In this document: positions 11,968 to 52,659 of the stretch, in pieces | Position numbering within the stretch: the stretch's first letter is position 1 | How the letters are laid out: each line of letters opens with the position of its first letter | From: Lingula anatina | Lineage: Eukaryota; Animalia; Brachiopoda | Direction of reading: 5' to 3' | NCBI GenBank assembly: GCA_051362555.1 | Contig: CM120649.1 | Location: forward strand, 3,534,001-3,598,000 | DNA length: 64,000 bases | Position numbers and translations under genes: made by a program | Notes under the pieces: generated by a model | Seen by the model: only the letters and a program-made list of their open reading frames with translations | Told to the model about the DNA's origin: nothing | Database searches by the model: none

Positions 11968-12205
11968 AGACATGACTCGTTCTTGACTGAAAAAAGACCT
12001 CGCGCTCCGCATTGGCGCTTTGGCCTGCAGAAAATAAGATCTTGGGCCGTTTGTAAAGCCGTTGCTTTCTTTTAACTATTTGATGAAAATTTAACAGGTC
12101 ACCATATTTATAAAAAGGAGTTTGAAACTAAAATGTTACTAGCAGTAAAACTGTTTTATATAAATAAAAACGGACAAAATTTATTGTAGATCACCTTCCA
12201 AAATC

Positions 12206-12206
12206 A

Positions 12207-12237
<31 letters not shown>

Positions 12238-12259
12238 CATTGAAGGATACATGTACAGC

Positions 12260-12354
<95 letters not shown>

Positions 12355-12359
12355 TATTA
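12206..12359. repeat. (AAAT)n and (AAT)n microsatellites
   Basis: Directly visible; source of the poly-Tyr pseudo-ORF. Confidence 0.95.
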
Positions 12360-14216
12360 TAAGTGTTTATGACCTGGCAGAGACTCGTATGACCTGCACA
12401 AATATATAGAAGAATGGCTTTTTTCATGTGCAAGTATGTTTAAATTTTTACCAAGCAAAAAGAGAATTTCCATTTTTCAAGGCAGTTAAAAGTTTTTAAA
12501 GAGCTTTTCTCTTTATTTTTCGTTTTAACTCTACTTCTTTTTAAAATATAGGCCTACATTTATATAAATCAGTCATTTTATTTTCATATCTTAAATCTTA
12601 CTAATTTCAAACCAGTTTTTGATGTACTGTATATTTTAGTTGAAAACGTTATTCCTCTTCTTCTTACAGTAATTATAAATGATAAATATATAATTTAAGT
12701 GGATAAGTATCATCATATAGGCTACAGATATTTATTGCTTTTCCTCGTGTTGCTTTTTATTCTAAATTTCAAAAAGAATAAACGTTACATTTTACCGTGA
12801 TGCACTATTTATGACCCCTCAAACCTGTGCTGTAAAATGCTTTTCTTTTACTTTCTTTTTTTCATAACAATTAAAACGTTCAGTTTTCCTATCTTGGATA
12901 ATATTTACAGTACAAAAACATGATATTTCAAAAACGTTATCTTACAAAACGCAGGGCCAACAATAGGCACTTTTTTCACCATTATCCCATGAAGTCGCAG
13001 TCAATATCTTATGTGGGAATGAAGTCGCATTTTATCCATTGAAGTCGATTTGTCAATAAAATCAGGACATTTATCCCATGGAGTGGTAATATACCATAAA
13101 GTAGTCTATCTCAACAGCCGTCTATCTGATTTTCAGTAATGTGGTAGTTGAGATGGTGCAACACAATGAAATGATATGATTGCGTTAGTTGTGATGTCAT
13201 ATAATGTTAACCCACTGTGCGCGACTAAAATCAAGCGAGATTTCACAGGATTTGGAGGAGAGTACCCTCTTCCAGGGCGGCAGATATTATAGGCACATTT
13301 TCCACCAGCCACCGTGTAACTTTTGGCCAGATGGAAGCAATTAAATCTGCAAGCGCACTGCTTACAATATTTATACAGGGGTATTTTTTATCGTTTTCTC
13401 TTTTGTTCTGTCGAATTAGTCTATTGGACAATGAACGAATTTATTGCTATTCATAAAACAGATATCATTGGACCTATGATGTCCGTTCATATTTAACAAC
13501 AAAAGTCATTACGAAAAGCTGAAAATGCCAAAAATTGAGCATGCTTTTAAAGCCAAGCTAAGAGTTACATTATGCACTCAAAATCATTGGTGCTGACTTA
13601 GGAGAAAGTGGGGACATAGGGGGAAAGTAGGGGGAAGTCGGGGCATAACCTACTGCCAGTGTATTTCGGGGTGCGGGTAGGGTGGGTGGGGCAGACTAAA
13701 CGTTTGAGTTCAGTCACTCCCGTCATCCAAGTTAAACCTGAGATTGTCTTGTTCACCTTGAAGTGTGCCTACAGCAGTATTTTTAATCTAGAACACAGAA
13801 CTACCATACGTGCATTTAACAAACAAGTCACTCAGTAATTTTATATTTCAGAATTTACTCATTTATTCATTGCTAATATTACTTGGGGCCAAATGTAACA
13901 GTGTGTGATACACTGTGATGCAGAACAACAGTCCATGTGAATAACAATAAATGGGCATAGTAAAGCCATGCAATGATAAAGGGGAAAATAATAATAATAA
14001 TAACTAGAGGATCAGAGAGGCGATACCGCCTCCGAATATTGTACCACCAGCTGGAGCAAGCCCATTCGTATAGACCCCCACATACACAAAATAAGGGACA
14101 CAGCCACCAGTCTTGTGCTTGACAAGCTGTAAAAATGCAATCAACAAGAATTTTCAAAATATGCAAAAAATATATATAACTTAAAATGGTACAATCAAAG
14201 TTAAGTTCATCATAAG

Positions 14217-15340
14217 GTAGGTCAAATGTCAATTTCAAGGTCACAGTAAATTGCCAGTATATGACTTCCTATTCAACTTTAATGGTAACTATGGACCTAT
14301 CTCTGCCAGGTTTGGAGTTAAAAGAGAAAGAAATTTGCAAAGTTCAGTTCATAGTGAAAAGTAGGTCAAAGGTCAATTTCAAGGTCACATTTAGATTGCC
14401 AGTATATGACTTTCCAAGCAAGTTCAATAGAAACTATGGACATATCTCTGCCAGTTTTGGAGATAAAAGGGAAGCAAAATTTGCAAAGTTCAGTTCATGG
14501 TGAAAAGTAGGTCAAAGGTCAATTTCAAGGTCACAGTAAGATTGTCAGTATATGACTTCCTATTCAAGTTCAATAGTAATTATGGACCTATCTCTGCCAG
14601 TTTTGGAGATAAAAGGGAACCAAAATTTGCAAAGTTCAATTCATGATGAAAAGTAGGTCAAAGGTCAATTTCAAGGTCACATTTAGATTGCCAGTATATG
14701 ACTTCCTATTCAACTTCAATTAACTATGGACCTATCTCTGCCAGTTTTGGAGATAAAAGGGAAGCAAAATTTGCAAAGTTTAATTCATGGTGAAAAGTAG
14801 GTCAAAGGTCAATTTCAAGGTCACATTTTGATTGCCAGTATATGACTTCCTATTCAAGTTCAATAGTAATTATGGACCTATCTCTGCCAGGTTTGGAGTT
14901 AAAAGAGAAAGAAATTAGCAGAGTTCAGTTCATGGTGAAAAGTAGGTCAAAGGTCAATTTCAAGGTCACTTTTAGATTGCCAGTATATGACTTCCTATTC
15001 AAGTTCAATAGTAACTATGGACCTATCTCTGCCAGTTTTGGAGATAAAAGGGAAGCAAAATTTGCAAAGTTCAGTTCATGGTGAAAAGTAGGTCAAAGGT
15101 CAATTTCAAGGTCACATTTAGATTGCCAGTATATGACTTCATATTCAAGTTCAATAGAAACTATGGACCTATCTCTGCCAGTTTTGGAGATAAAAGGGAA
15201 GCAAAATTTGCAAAGTTCAATTCATGGTGAAAAGTAGGTCAAAGGTCAATTTCAAGGTCACATTTAGATTGCCAGTGTATGACTTCCTATTCAAGTTCAA
15301 TAGTAACTATGGACCTATCTCTGCCAGTTTTGGAGATATA
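14217..15340. repeat. ~146-bp tandem satellite, ~8 copies (plus ~1.5 more at 15617-15820)
   Basis: The gtaggtcaaa anchor recurs at 14217, 14361, 14507, 14653, 14797, 14942, 15088 and 15234 (period 144-146). Confidence 0.95.
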
Positions 15341-16086
15341 AGGTACTAAATGTTATAATTTTGGAGTTACCTTAATGTGCCATAAATTTCCTACAGAAAA
15401 AATTAATTAAAATAAAGAAAAGGTCATTTTGGTCGAAATTCTTGAAATGGGAGGTGCTCTGAAGTTCCAGAAGTTCAAATTTGATGAAATAATGTCATTT
15501 TTGACCACAAGTTGTCTGCTTTGCCAAGCCTTATGTTTTATTTTTCCAGAGTTCAAAATTTATCATCCATTACCATACTGCACATTTTGCTTTCACCACC
15601 AATATGTACTTTTTGAAGTTCAATAGAAACTATGGACCTATCTCTGCCAGTTTTGGAGATAAAAGGGAAGCAAAATTTGCAAAGTTCAATTCATGGTGAA
15701 AAGTAGGTCAAAGGTCAATTTCAAGGTCACATTTAGATTGCCAGTATATGACTTCCTATTCAAGTTCAATAGTAACTATGGACCTATCTCTGCCAGTTTT
15801 GGAGATATAAGGTACTAAATGTTATAATTTTGGAGTTACCTTAATGTGCCATAAATTTCCTACAGAAAAAAATTAATTAAAATAAAGAAAAGGTCATTTT
15901 GGTCGAAATTCTTGAAATGGGAGGTGCTCTGAAGTTCCAGAAGTTCAAATTTGATGAAATAATGTCATTTTTGACCACAAGTTGTCTGCTTTGCCAAGCC
16001 TTATGTTTTATTTTTCCAGAGTTCAAAATTTATTATCCATTACCGTACTGCACATTTTGCTTTCACCACCAATATGTACTTTTTGA
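15147..16086. repeat. 470-bp near-identical tandem duplication overlapping the end of the satellite
   Basis: Segments offset by 470 nt (near-identical pseudo-ORFs start at 15429 and 15899). Confidence 0.9.
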
Positions 16087-18954
16087 TACAGCGTAGCTCG
16101 AAAACCGTATGAAATACAAAAAAACGGAGACCACCTCCAGTGTTGGGCTTTACATGCTCTACAAAATGCAAAAAAGAATGGGTCTCTAGCATTAACGGTT
16201 CCCGAATTAGAGACAGTTTTCAGTTTCGGTATCTTATGGCCGCTACTCCCGTTATAATGCACCGATTGACCCCAAATTCACGGAGATGAAAGATGACCTG
16301 AAGGGTATCATTTTCCAATAATATTATTGGTTAAGTCTGTGTGGTGTCTGAATAACAGCACAAATAATTTTTTTTTCGTAAAAAAATTCATTTTTTTGAA
16401 AAATTTGGCCTGTTTGACCTTGAAATAAAGGTCAAAGGTCAAATCCAAGGGCATATTTGAAATCTGCACATATGACTTTTGGAAAGCCGTCTGTAGAAAA
16501 TTTTCCCATAATTCCTTCCGTAGGGTAGATAAATAGCATTTAATTTTGCCATTTTTGGACAAGGGTGCATTGCAATGAATGCCACACCTAGACCCCAATA
16601 CCGACAAAGCCCAAATTTTACGTGGAATGAGTTGAGATTATAGGTGACCTAAATCCAAGAGATGGGTATGGGGGCCCTTACCGTCTAGGAGGAGAAGCGG
16701 TAACGGTAACATGGTGGCGGAGCCGGCGGAGCCGGCGGAGCCGGCGGAACGGACCGGACGGGACTAAAACCATGTGTACCGCCAGCGCTAACGCTGGTGG
16801 TACAATAATGATAATAATAGCACATATATTTCCTCAAAGCAATGCTTTGACTACGTATTAGAACTAAAATAAAGGCTTGCTTGTGAAAGTTGGTTCAAGT
16901 CCTGGCTGAAAGCCTGTTTCACGGAAAAAGAAAAAATCTTGAAATTTTAATAGTAATTTGTGGTACACATTTGTGTATTTACTATAAGACAATGCCAAAT
17001 ATCACGGTAACAAATAAATAAAAATAAATCAGATTTAATCCTGTTCAGTACCTGTTCACTTTCCATAAATGATTTCCTTCAACCATGCAAACAACAAGTT
17101 TTAATCTTTACGCCTAGTACATAATTATATAACCTAACATAAGATTCACTCCTACCAACTTGACACTGGCATTTTCTGTTAAAATGTGGAAAAAAATTGG
17201 ATCTTCATTCCAAAAGAAAAGAGATAGATGGTTTTCTAAACAAAAAAAAAAAAAAAAAAATAGAACAAATAAATAAATTAATAAATAAATAAATATAAAA
17301 AAAACCTAAGAAACTGCTAGTACTACTTGCACTTCTTAAATATATATATAATTGTATTATTTCAGGGACAATGTTACAGTATAATATATAATAATAAAAC
17401 TAACAATACAATATAAATAACAATGACATAAATGTGACTGGCATTCATATTAACATCAGCTGGAAAACTTTAAGTGCCATTGCTTCTACTACAAAAAAAC
17501 TATCATTTCTAGAGTTACAATGTATATCCCAAAGCACATAAAGTAACATACTTTCATGATTCTATTAAAACTCAAAATGACCAAATCCATTATATAATGT
17601 CTCCTTTAATGCGTGTATTACTTACGCTGAGCATGGGTCACGCACCCTGAATTTTTTTCACTAGGCTTTAACTAAACTTTCTTAAAGAAATATAAATGTT
17701 TTCATCAAAACAGAAAAAAAAAAAAAAAAAAACGCATTTTAAATAGAGAGCAGAGTTCAGCTATGCTACACCAGTTTTACCCGTGCATACAATTCAAAAC
17801 CTTTAAATTATAAAATGGACTACACAAGGTATTCAAAACTTGTGAGTAGTTACCATACAGTGAACAAGCTCACTACACAATGCTATATCTGTATCATATA
17901 CAACATGTTACACTGGCTCATATATACATATATATGCATTTAGCATAATCAGCAGTATCGTTGTTAAACATTGCCACTACTTTTGGCTAGTTTAGTATTT
18001 GCCTAAAACTAATAAGGTCAAGGCTCCAAAAATAAGTGAGGCTGTAAAGGACTTGACTATGAACACCACTAGCAAAAACTGCCAAGAATCGTGCTCTATG
18101 ATTTTTTAGGGTTTCGCCATGGTTGTAAACCCGTTTTCCCTTTCTTTATGCCTCAAACTTTGTCGTTGGTCTAACTTTTAATGTTGCCATGGCAATGTTT
18201 GTTTTTTTTACGCACAGCAGTGACACAGGCCATTAAGCTACATTAACCACATCTATTGTAAGGCAACTGTTCAAAATAAGCTCCTAGACCAATATTGCTG
18301 ATTGGCTGACTGAGCTACACAGCTACAGTATGCAAATTTAGCAGCCCAAGTTCAGCCCCAAAATTGACAGACAATTTGTGACACAGGCCACAAATGTGTT
18401 AATATTTAAACAATCTGCGATTTCTGTCACCTTGCAGTGGTCACACAGTGGTCATTCTCCTTGACCTTCCCTCTTTTATTAGATATGACTAATGTTTTAG
18501 ACTGAAACTCACTTCATCTAATTCGATTACTGTGAATTTTTCCTGCCCTAAAGAAGACTAAATTTTTGGTCTAAAAGTTTAGACAAATTTTCAGGCTTAC
18601 AGTCTTTTATGTATTTGGTCAAAACTTGTTTAACCTGCAACTGGTCAGTTCTTCAATCCTCTTCTTCTGTGCTTCAAGAGCTAAAGTCATCTTTCTACCA
18701 TCTCTTTACACTTAAGGCCGCTAAGCATATACTTTATGCTCTGATATTAAGCCATATATACTTCAAACCCTTTTTTAAAAAGGGCGTTTTCTTGGCATTT
18801 GGCATCTACTATTTTCTTTACATCTTTAAGTTGTAAGCAGATGCAAAGTTGGCTGCTAATCTTTTTAAATTTTTTATGGTATTGCATCTTTTTTTGCATA
18901 CACCATTCATTCATTTCCTCCATGGATTATGTCATTCGGAAATAAAATGTCTGT

Positions 18955-46676
<27,722 letters not shown>

Positions 46677-47018
46677 AAAGGCACCTCTGTGTGTGAAGTA
46701 TTACCTCCAACTGCTGCAGCTCGTATTTCGGAAGGTGGCAAACATCAACTTCCGGTCGAATTTACTGCGGAGCTGCTTGACATAAAAATGCAATAAACAA
46801 TTTGTTTCAATAATTTTGTCTTCAAATTTCTATGTTAAAATTTGTTACAAATAAGTAAGCACCTGTAATCTATAACAATCATTTTATTTAGATAGGCTTA
46901 TTTTATTTTGTGCGGAGTGATTGTTTGAGGGGGAGTAAGGCATAAACGAAAACCAATTATCACTGCAAAATATAACAGGCGTTTCTAGAAAACCAGACGA
47001 GTAAAATCAACGAGCGAA
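46677..47018. promoter_or_regulatory. Candidate bidirectional promoter between PINCH and NHE
   Basis: Only 342 bp between the divergent ATGs; ETS-type ACTTCCGG at 46748-46755; local CpG enrichment. Confidence 0.65.
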
Positions 47019-48247
47019 ATGGCTGCAGACGGTGGAGCAGCGACATTGTCGCCGGCTGGAATCAGCAACAGTAGACTGGATGAGAATATCGAGAACAAAG
47101 TAAAAGAAAGCCACAGGATAGACAGTCTGAATCTGCTAATTTTTCTCATCTTATTGACAATGACTGTTTTAACAATTTGGCTGTTTAAACATCGACGGCT
47201 GCGGTTTGTTCACGAGACAGGCCTGGGAATACTATATGGTGAGATTGGTAACATTTTAAAATGGGAAATAAGTCACTGAATTGTCAATATGATTAATTGA
47301 TACGCAGATCTGTTATTAAGGAAGTGAGAAGTTAATGTGAGAAATATTTGCTCGGCTGACTCGAATATCTGTGACAGAAATTTTCTGAATAACTGTAGTT
47401 CATTTGATAAAAGCATGACAACAAATCTGCCAAAAATGCTTTATAAATTGTTGGCCTCTATACACAAAAAACATATAAAACACCAATTATCATATTATTA
47501 AGCTCTAAGATAAGTGCCGATATTCAAAGGGTGTTAACAAACATTGCTAGAGCAAACTCTGTTCTTATTGTTGCTGTCATTAAGGCTGCTTTATATCATC
47601 AACCTGCAGTCAAACTGTCATTGAGTAATTTAATTACAGGTAGTAGTATGTATGTACAGTATGCCCATCTTCAAGCTGGTGGTTCAAATTACAAATTTTA
47701 TTACAGATTTTCATATATTACATGTTCATGTGGACTGGCACGGTTGAAGTTGATAATCAAATAACAGATTTGCCCTCCTCCAGGATAAAATTATTTGCAG
47801 CCATATAGATACATGTACACCATTCCAAATCTAAATTTTGTACTTCAGCAGTGATGAATTCCATTGGAAAATGGGGTAAAAATAATGAAATGCTTAATTT
47901 CCCTCAGCCTAATTAGATTGAAAAAAAAAGTTCAATATACATGTATGACTAAAGTGAATGATGCTATAATAAGCCCAGAAGACATGTGCATGAACAGTGT
48001 TAAATTTCATAATATAAGGAGGAGAGATTGCTTACAGCTGTAGTCACCATGTCATCAATTTATTATCACCACATGAAATTAGATATTCAGTTTCAATTCC
48101 ATTTTGACATGAGTAACTTGAATGGATTTCATTTCCTGTCATTTGTTTCCTGCATGTGTATGTGTTATATATTTAAGCACATACATTTGCATACATACAC
48201 ACACACACACTTGCATACTCATGTAGTCAACACACACACACACATAC

Positions 48248-48316
<69 letters not shown>

Positions 48317-48926
48317 TGGAAGTAAATAAGGTGAAAACACATAAAATAGATAAAATCACAGCTTCCAGTTGAAACATTCACAGCCAGCAGTTGACAGCAT
48401 GTGCTCATATGAATCTGTATCAAATATGAATTACTAGTAATGCTGGTGTGATGGTGCCCATCTATATTTCAGGTTTAGGTGTTTCTTGCTTTCTGAACAT
48501 GTGACAAAATACTGTCTCTGATCCAGGCACGTCCTTCACCTTATTTGTTACTTAATACATCAACTGTAATAGTCCAGACCACAGCTGTTACTGTCACAGG
48601 GATTGTAGATGTCTGGATTATATGTGGAAGCAATGCAGGTTGCCTTGCCGAGCTTGGTTGATCATAAGTGCCTGGGATTAAAAAAAAATTCGTTGTTTGT
48701 TTGTATCCATTCATTCCTTCAATTGTTTGTTTGTTCATTCATTCATTCACCTTCCAGATAAGAAGCAATACTGAAAAGATGAAAAAATGTTTGCAGTTTT
48801 TGATTTACTCTCACAATGTGGATGCCAGTGACTGGTAATATTACCAGTGATGTTTGAATTTGATATTTTGAAATTGGAAAAAAGGCTAATTATCTACTGG
48901 AAATATTCAAGAAATTTGAAACTGCC

Positions 48927-48970
<44 letters not shown>

Positions 48971-49806
48971 GGTATAATAGTCTAACACACCTTGCATCAT
49001 TGCATTCCTTTAATTAAATAGAGTTGTATGTCTGTTACTATATCATATATCCTCCTCTATAGGCAGTAAACAGCTGTAGAAACACTGGATTACGTGCATA
49101 CCAGATGCTTTTTTTTTTGTACTCACACAGACATTATACTATATATTTTATCAGCTTGATAAATAATGACTTTGTCTACCCTTGTTTTAAAGAATTTCAT
49201 CATAGTATATTGAAAAAGCCTTCTGTAGTGTGAAATGACTAGAATAACTGCAGAACATTCTGAGATCGCGGATATTTACAAAAGAAAAAGGCAATGAGAA
49301 TTCCTTTCAAAAATCTACTAGTGAGTAGACGAGTATTCATTCAAGATTGTCATCACTTCTTTACCACTAAAATAACTGCCTTTCCTGAAAATATCATCAG
49401 AATTTGTAAAGCACATTTTTGGGTACCTATCCATTACCAAATTGACAAACTTATGCTGATGAAGACCATTGAGACATCCTTCATTTTGACGGTGGAGGCA
49501 TAGTGTACATAAATCTTTCTCTGGCCCAAGAGGTTATCAAGACTATCAAATTTGGGACCACCATGTGACGTAAACGGACACAACATTGCTAATTCTCAGG
49601 AAAGCCATAAATTTTGCTATCATGGCAAATAGCTGAGTACTAGTAGAAATATTGAAGTCATGCTGGCAGGTTTTGGGATGTGGATTTAAATAAAGCTAAT
49701 TATTGCGCAGATGCAGGTAAAATGTATGATGTATGCTGACTCTTTGGATTGATTTAAAAAATGCATGTAAATAAGCATACAGTACTCATTATGGTCACAC
49801 GTCCAT

Positions 49807-49840
<34 letters not shown>

Positions 49841-52621
49841 ACCCACCCACCCCCCCCCCCCCACCCCCCCCCCCCCCCCCCCCTCCCTTATAATATTACA
49901 TGTATACATAGGGTTTATTCCCAATGAAACTTTTTGTACTCTTGTTGAATACAGGTAGATTATCAGATTATGAAACATGCCTCCACTTGTTTCCAACATA
50001 TATAATCACCAGCTTTTCTATATATATATTGCTCAAGGCCAGGAGGGGGCTTGTTGTTGTCGGATCAATTTACTTAGAATGATATTTTAATTCAGAATGA
50101 AGCCATAGTCTCTCTCACTCTCTCTCTCTCTCTCTCATTTATTAATTTATAAAATCTATGTATTTTAGGTTTAATAGTTGGAGTCATCATCAGATACACC
50201 AGTACAACAGAACAAAAGTTATGGCAAAATTTCACCCTCCCAGAGGAGAGTCCCTTTAATTTCTCTCATCCTCCTGACAACATCCATCTGGAGGTTTCGT
50301 TGTTCAGCGACGTGGCCAATAACACGCAGCTTATTACACAGGAGTACCTGTATAGCTTCAAAGGCCTGGTGTATAACGCTGAGAGCACAGAGATCGAAGA
50401 TAAGGTACAATATCTTTCTTTTTTTTCTGATGGTAATAATTGATTGTTTCTTTGATGAAATTATTGATAGAGCATTATGTAGAAATAAGTTACAAATATA
50501 ATTGACAATAAATAATGGAAACAACAGTAAAGATTATTGATTACAGTTTCTGAATTCAAATTCATTTACGTATATTTAGCAATCAGGTAAATTTTTGTGC
50601 TTTAAGAAAAATTGCAAGCTCTTTTGATTACTAGTATAACATTTTAAGTAATTTTAAACTATTTTTATGATTTGTTAATGGCTTGAATAAATGGGATTTG
50701 TTTTTTTTTTTTATCTTCCTTAGGCGACCTTTGATCCAGAGATATTTTTCAATGTTCTACTTCCTCCTATTATTTTCCATGCAGGGTATAGTATGAAAAG
50801 GGTGAGTCTTTACATTTCTTTTCTTCATGTTTGATATTATTCAGCTGTCAAGGACATATTTGCATACAGCAATGACATATGTAATAACAAAAATAAGAAA
50901 TTTATATTAATAAAAAAATATTTTGATTTGTTTGCTTTAAAAAAGTACTGTCTATACATACATGTAATCAAAGTCTCACATCTTTCTTTTAAAGCGCCAC
51001 TTTTTCCGCAATTTTGGTGCAATAGTAACTTTCGCCTTTCTTGGGACGGCTGTCTCTTGTATGATTGTGGGGTGAGTATACTTATATTTTAGATATCTGA
51101 TTTGTTTTCTTTCTAATTTCTTATGTGTTTATAGTCTCATAATGTGTGTTAGATCTTCATATATCAGAATCTATCAATTACGGTGTTTGAAAGAATGACA
51201 GCAAAATTAAATATGATTACTTTATTTCAGTGGGATATTATATGGTTTCACCCGTCTAATGGTGACTTACAGCTCTCTATGGAAGCAGTGGGGGCTCACC
51301 AATTTTGGATTGACAGATTGCCTTTTCTTTGGTGCTTTAATCTCAGCTACAGATCCAGGTAAATATTGAATGGTTTTATCATTTATATTTAAAATCCTGT
51401 CACACATGAAGCCATATTAAATTACTTAAATTTTTGTCTTTTTTGGACAGACATTTTCACCTTTTAAGCTAGGAAAGCTAGGAAAAGAAACTGTTTTATA
51501 TTCGAAGTCAATTAATTTTTATAATTTGAGGTAATAATAACAATAATGATAAGTGAATGAATTAATTAGTAATAAAGCTATAAATTAGTTGTTCATATAA
51601 TAAATTTATTAGTAAATTACCAATAATTTTTTAATCATTTTTCAATTAATGAAATTAAAACATCTTGTTTTCTTCTTTCAGTGACAATATTAGCCATATT
51701 TCATGATCTTAACGTAGACGTGGACCTGTATGCACTGGTATTTGGTGAAAGCGTCCTCAACGACGCAGTTGCCATTGTGTTAGCAGGGTGAGTGTCATCC
51801 TCAAATCTTGAATTTTTCAACTGTTTTTTAAAGAATTATAAATGAGATATTGAATCTGTCATTGAAATAACTTTAAACAATGGGTTCAGAGTATTGAGAA
51901 TTTGTAAGAAATTTTGTTCCCTTTTTTATGTTCTTTAATCTCTTGGTTTGATTAATTGTGAGTATTTTATGGAAAAATTTACACTTTTAAGTTACCAGAT
52001 AATTTGCTTATGTCTATAACACCAGTTTTATTGACTGTTGAGTCAAGCTTTGTTTTTGTTTAAAGTCTTTTAAATTTTGCTACAAAAAGTGAAAGTTAAT
52101 TTATGGTGGAAAAAAGATTACTTTGATCTCTATAAGAGAAAATAAAAACAAGTTGTGGCAGCCTAAATTGCTTTTGTTAAACTATTGACACATTTTTTCA
52201 GAATTTTTGAAAGGTATGCCACATTGAAAGGAAGTATACTTATTTTTGCTGAATTTTTGTTCACATTTTCTTCCTGTATACTATTGCCCTTTGTGGTTTC
52301 TCAAACTAATGTGAAAAACTTATTGAATACTCCTGTGTCGGGTTTTTTGTCATTTTCCTCAGCACAAATACCTACTGGATGTTCAACCTATCTTCCTTTC
52401 AGCAATAAAGCCATTGTGATGTGAAACAAAGTTCTTTGTATTTAGTAAACTATCAGATTACGTCTCTCAGCAGTTACATTCACATCTTTATTGTTTTCAT
52501 TCTGTGAGAACTATGACAATTTTTATGGTGAAGAAAATGTGAGAAAGAAAGATGGCAAGTTAAGAATGATAAAATACTCTGTATAGTGAAGATAATGTTT
52601 TATGAAGTAATGTGCCATTGT

Positions 52622-52659
<38 letters not shown>

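Larger units (their letters stand above)
14002..16808 (-). mobile_element. Helentron/HINE-like non-autonomous rolling-circle element with internal satellite array
   Basis: Read on the minus strand: TT start, hairpin TGTACCGCCAGCG-ctaa-CGCTGGTGGTACA (16775-16804), GC-rich microsatellite (ggcggagcc)n/ggac (16716-16764), central tandem array, terminal hairpin GAGGCG-atac-CGCCTC (14017-14032), CTAG-TT end (14002-14007). Inserted in an (AAT)n tract with no clear TSD. Confidence 0.7.

Noticed and set aside
12191-12433. Poly-Tyr ORF and similar YI/SL/ER/TH-repeat ORFs (5234, 11154-11586, 37571, 48028, 49754)
   Set aside because: Translations of microsatellites.
14217-15820. CRISPR-like array or protein-coding repeat (ORFs 14261, 14842, 15429, 15899)
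   Set aside because: Units are contiguous near-identical repeats with no unique spacers, the context is eukaryotic, and the ORFs are incidental frames of the satellite.
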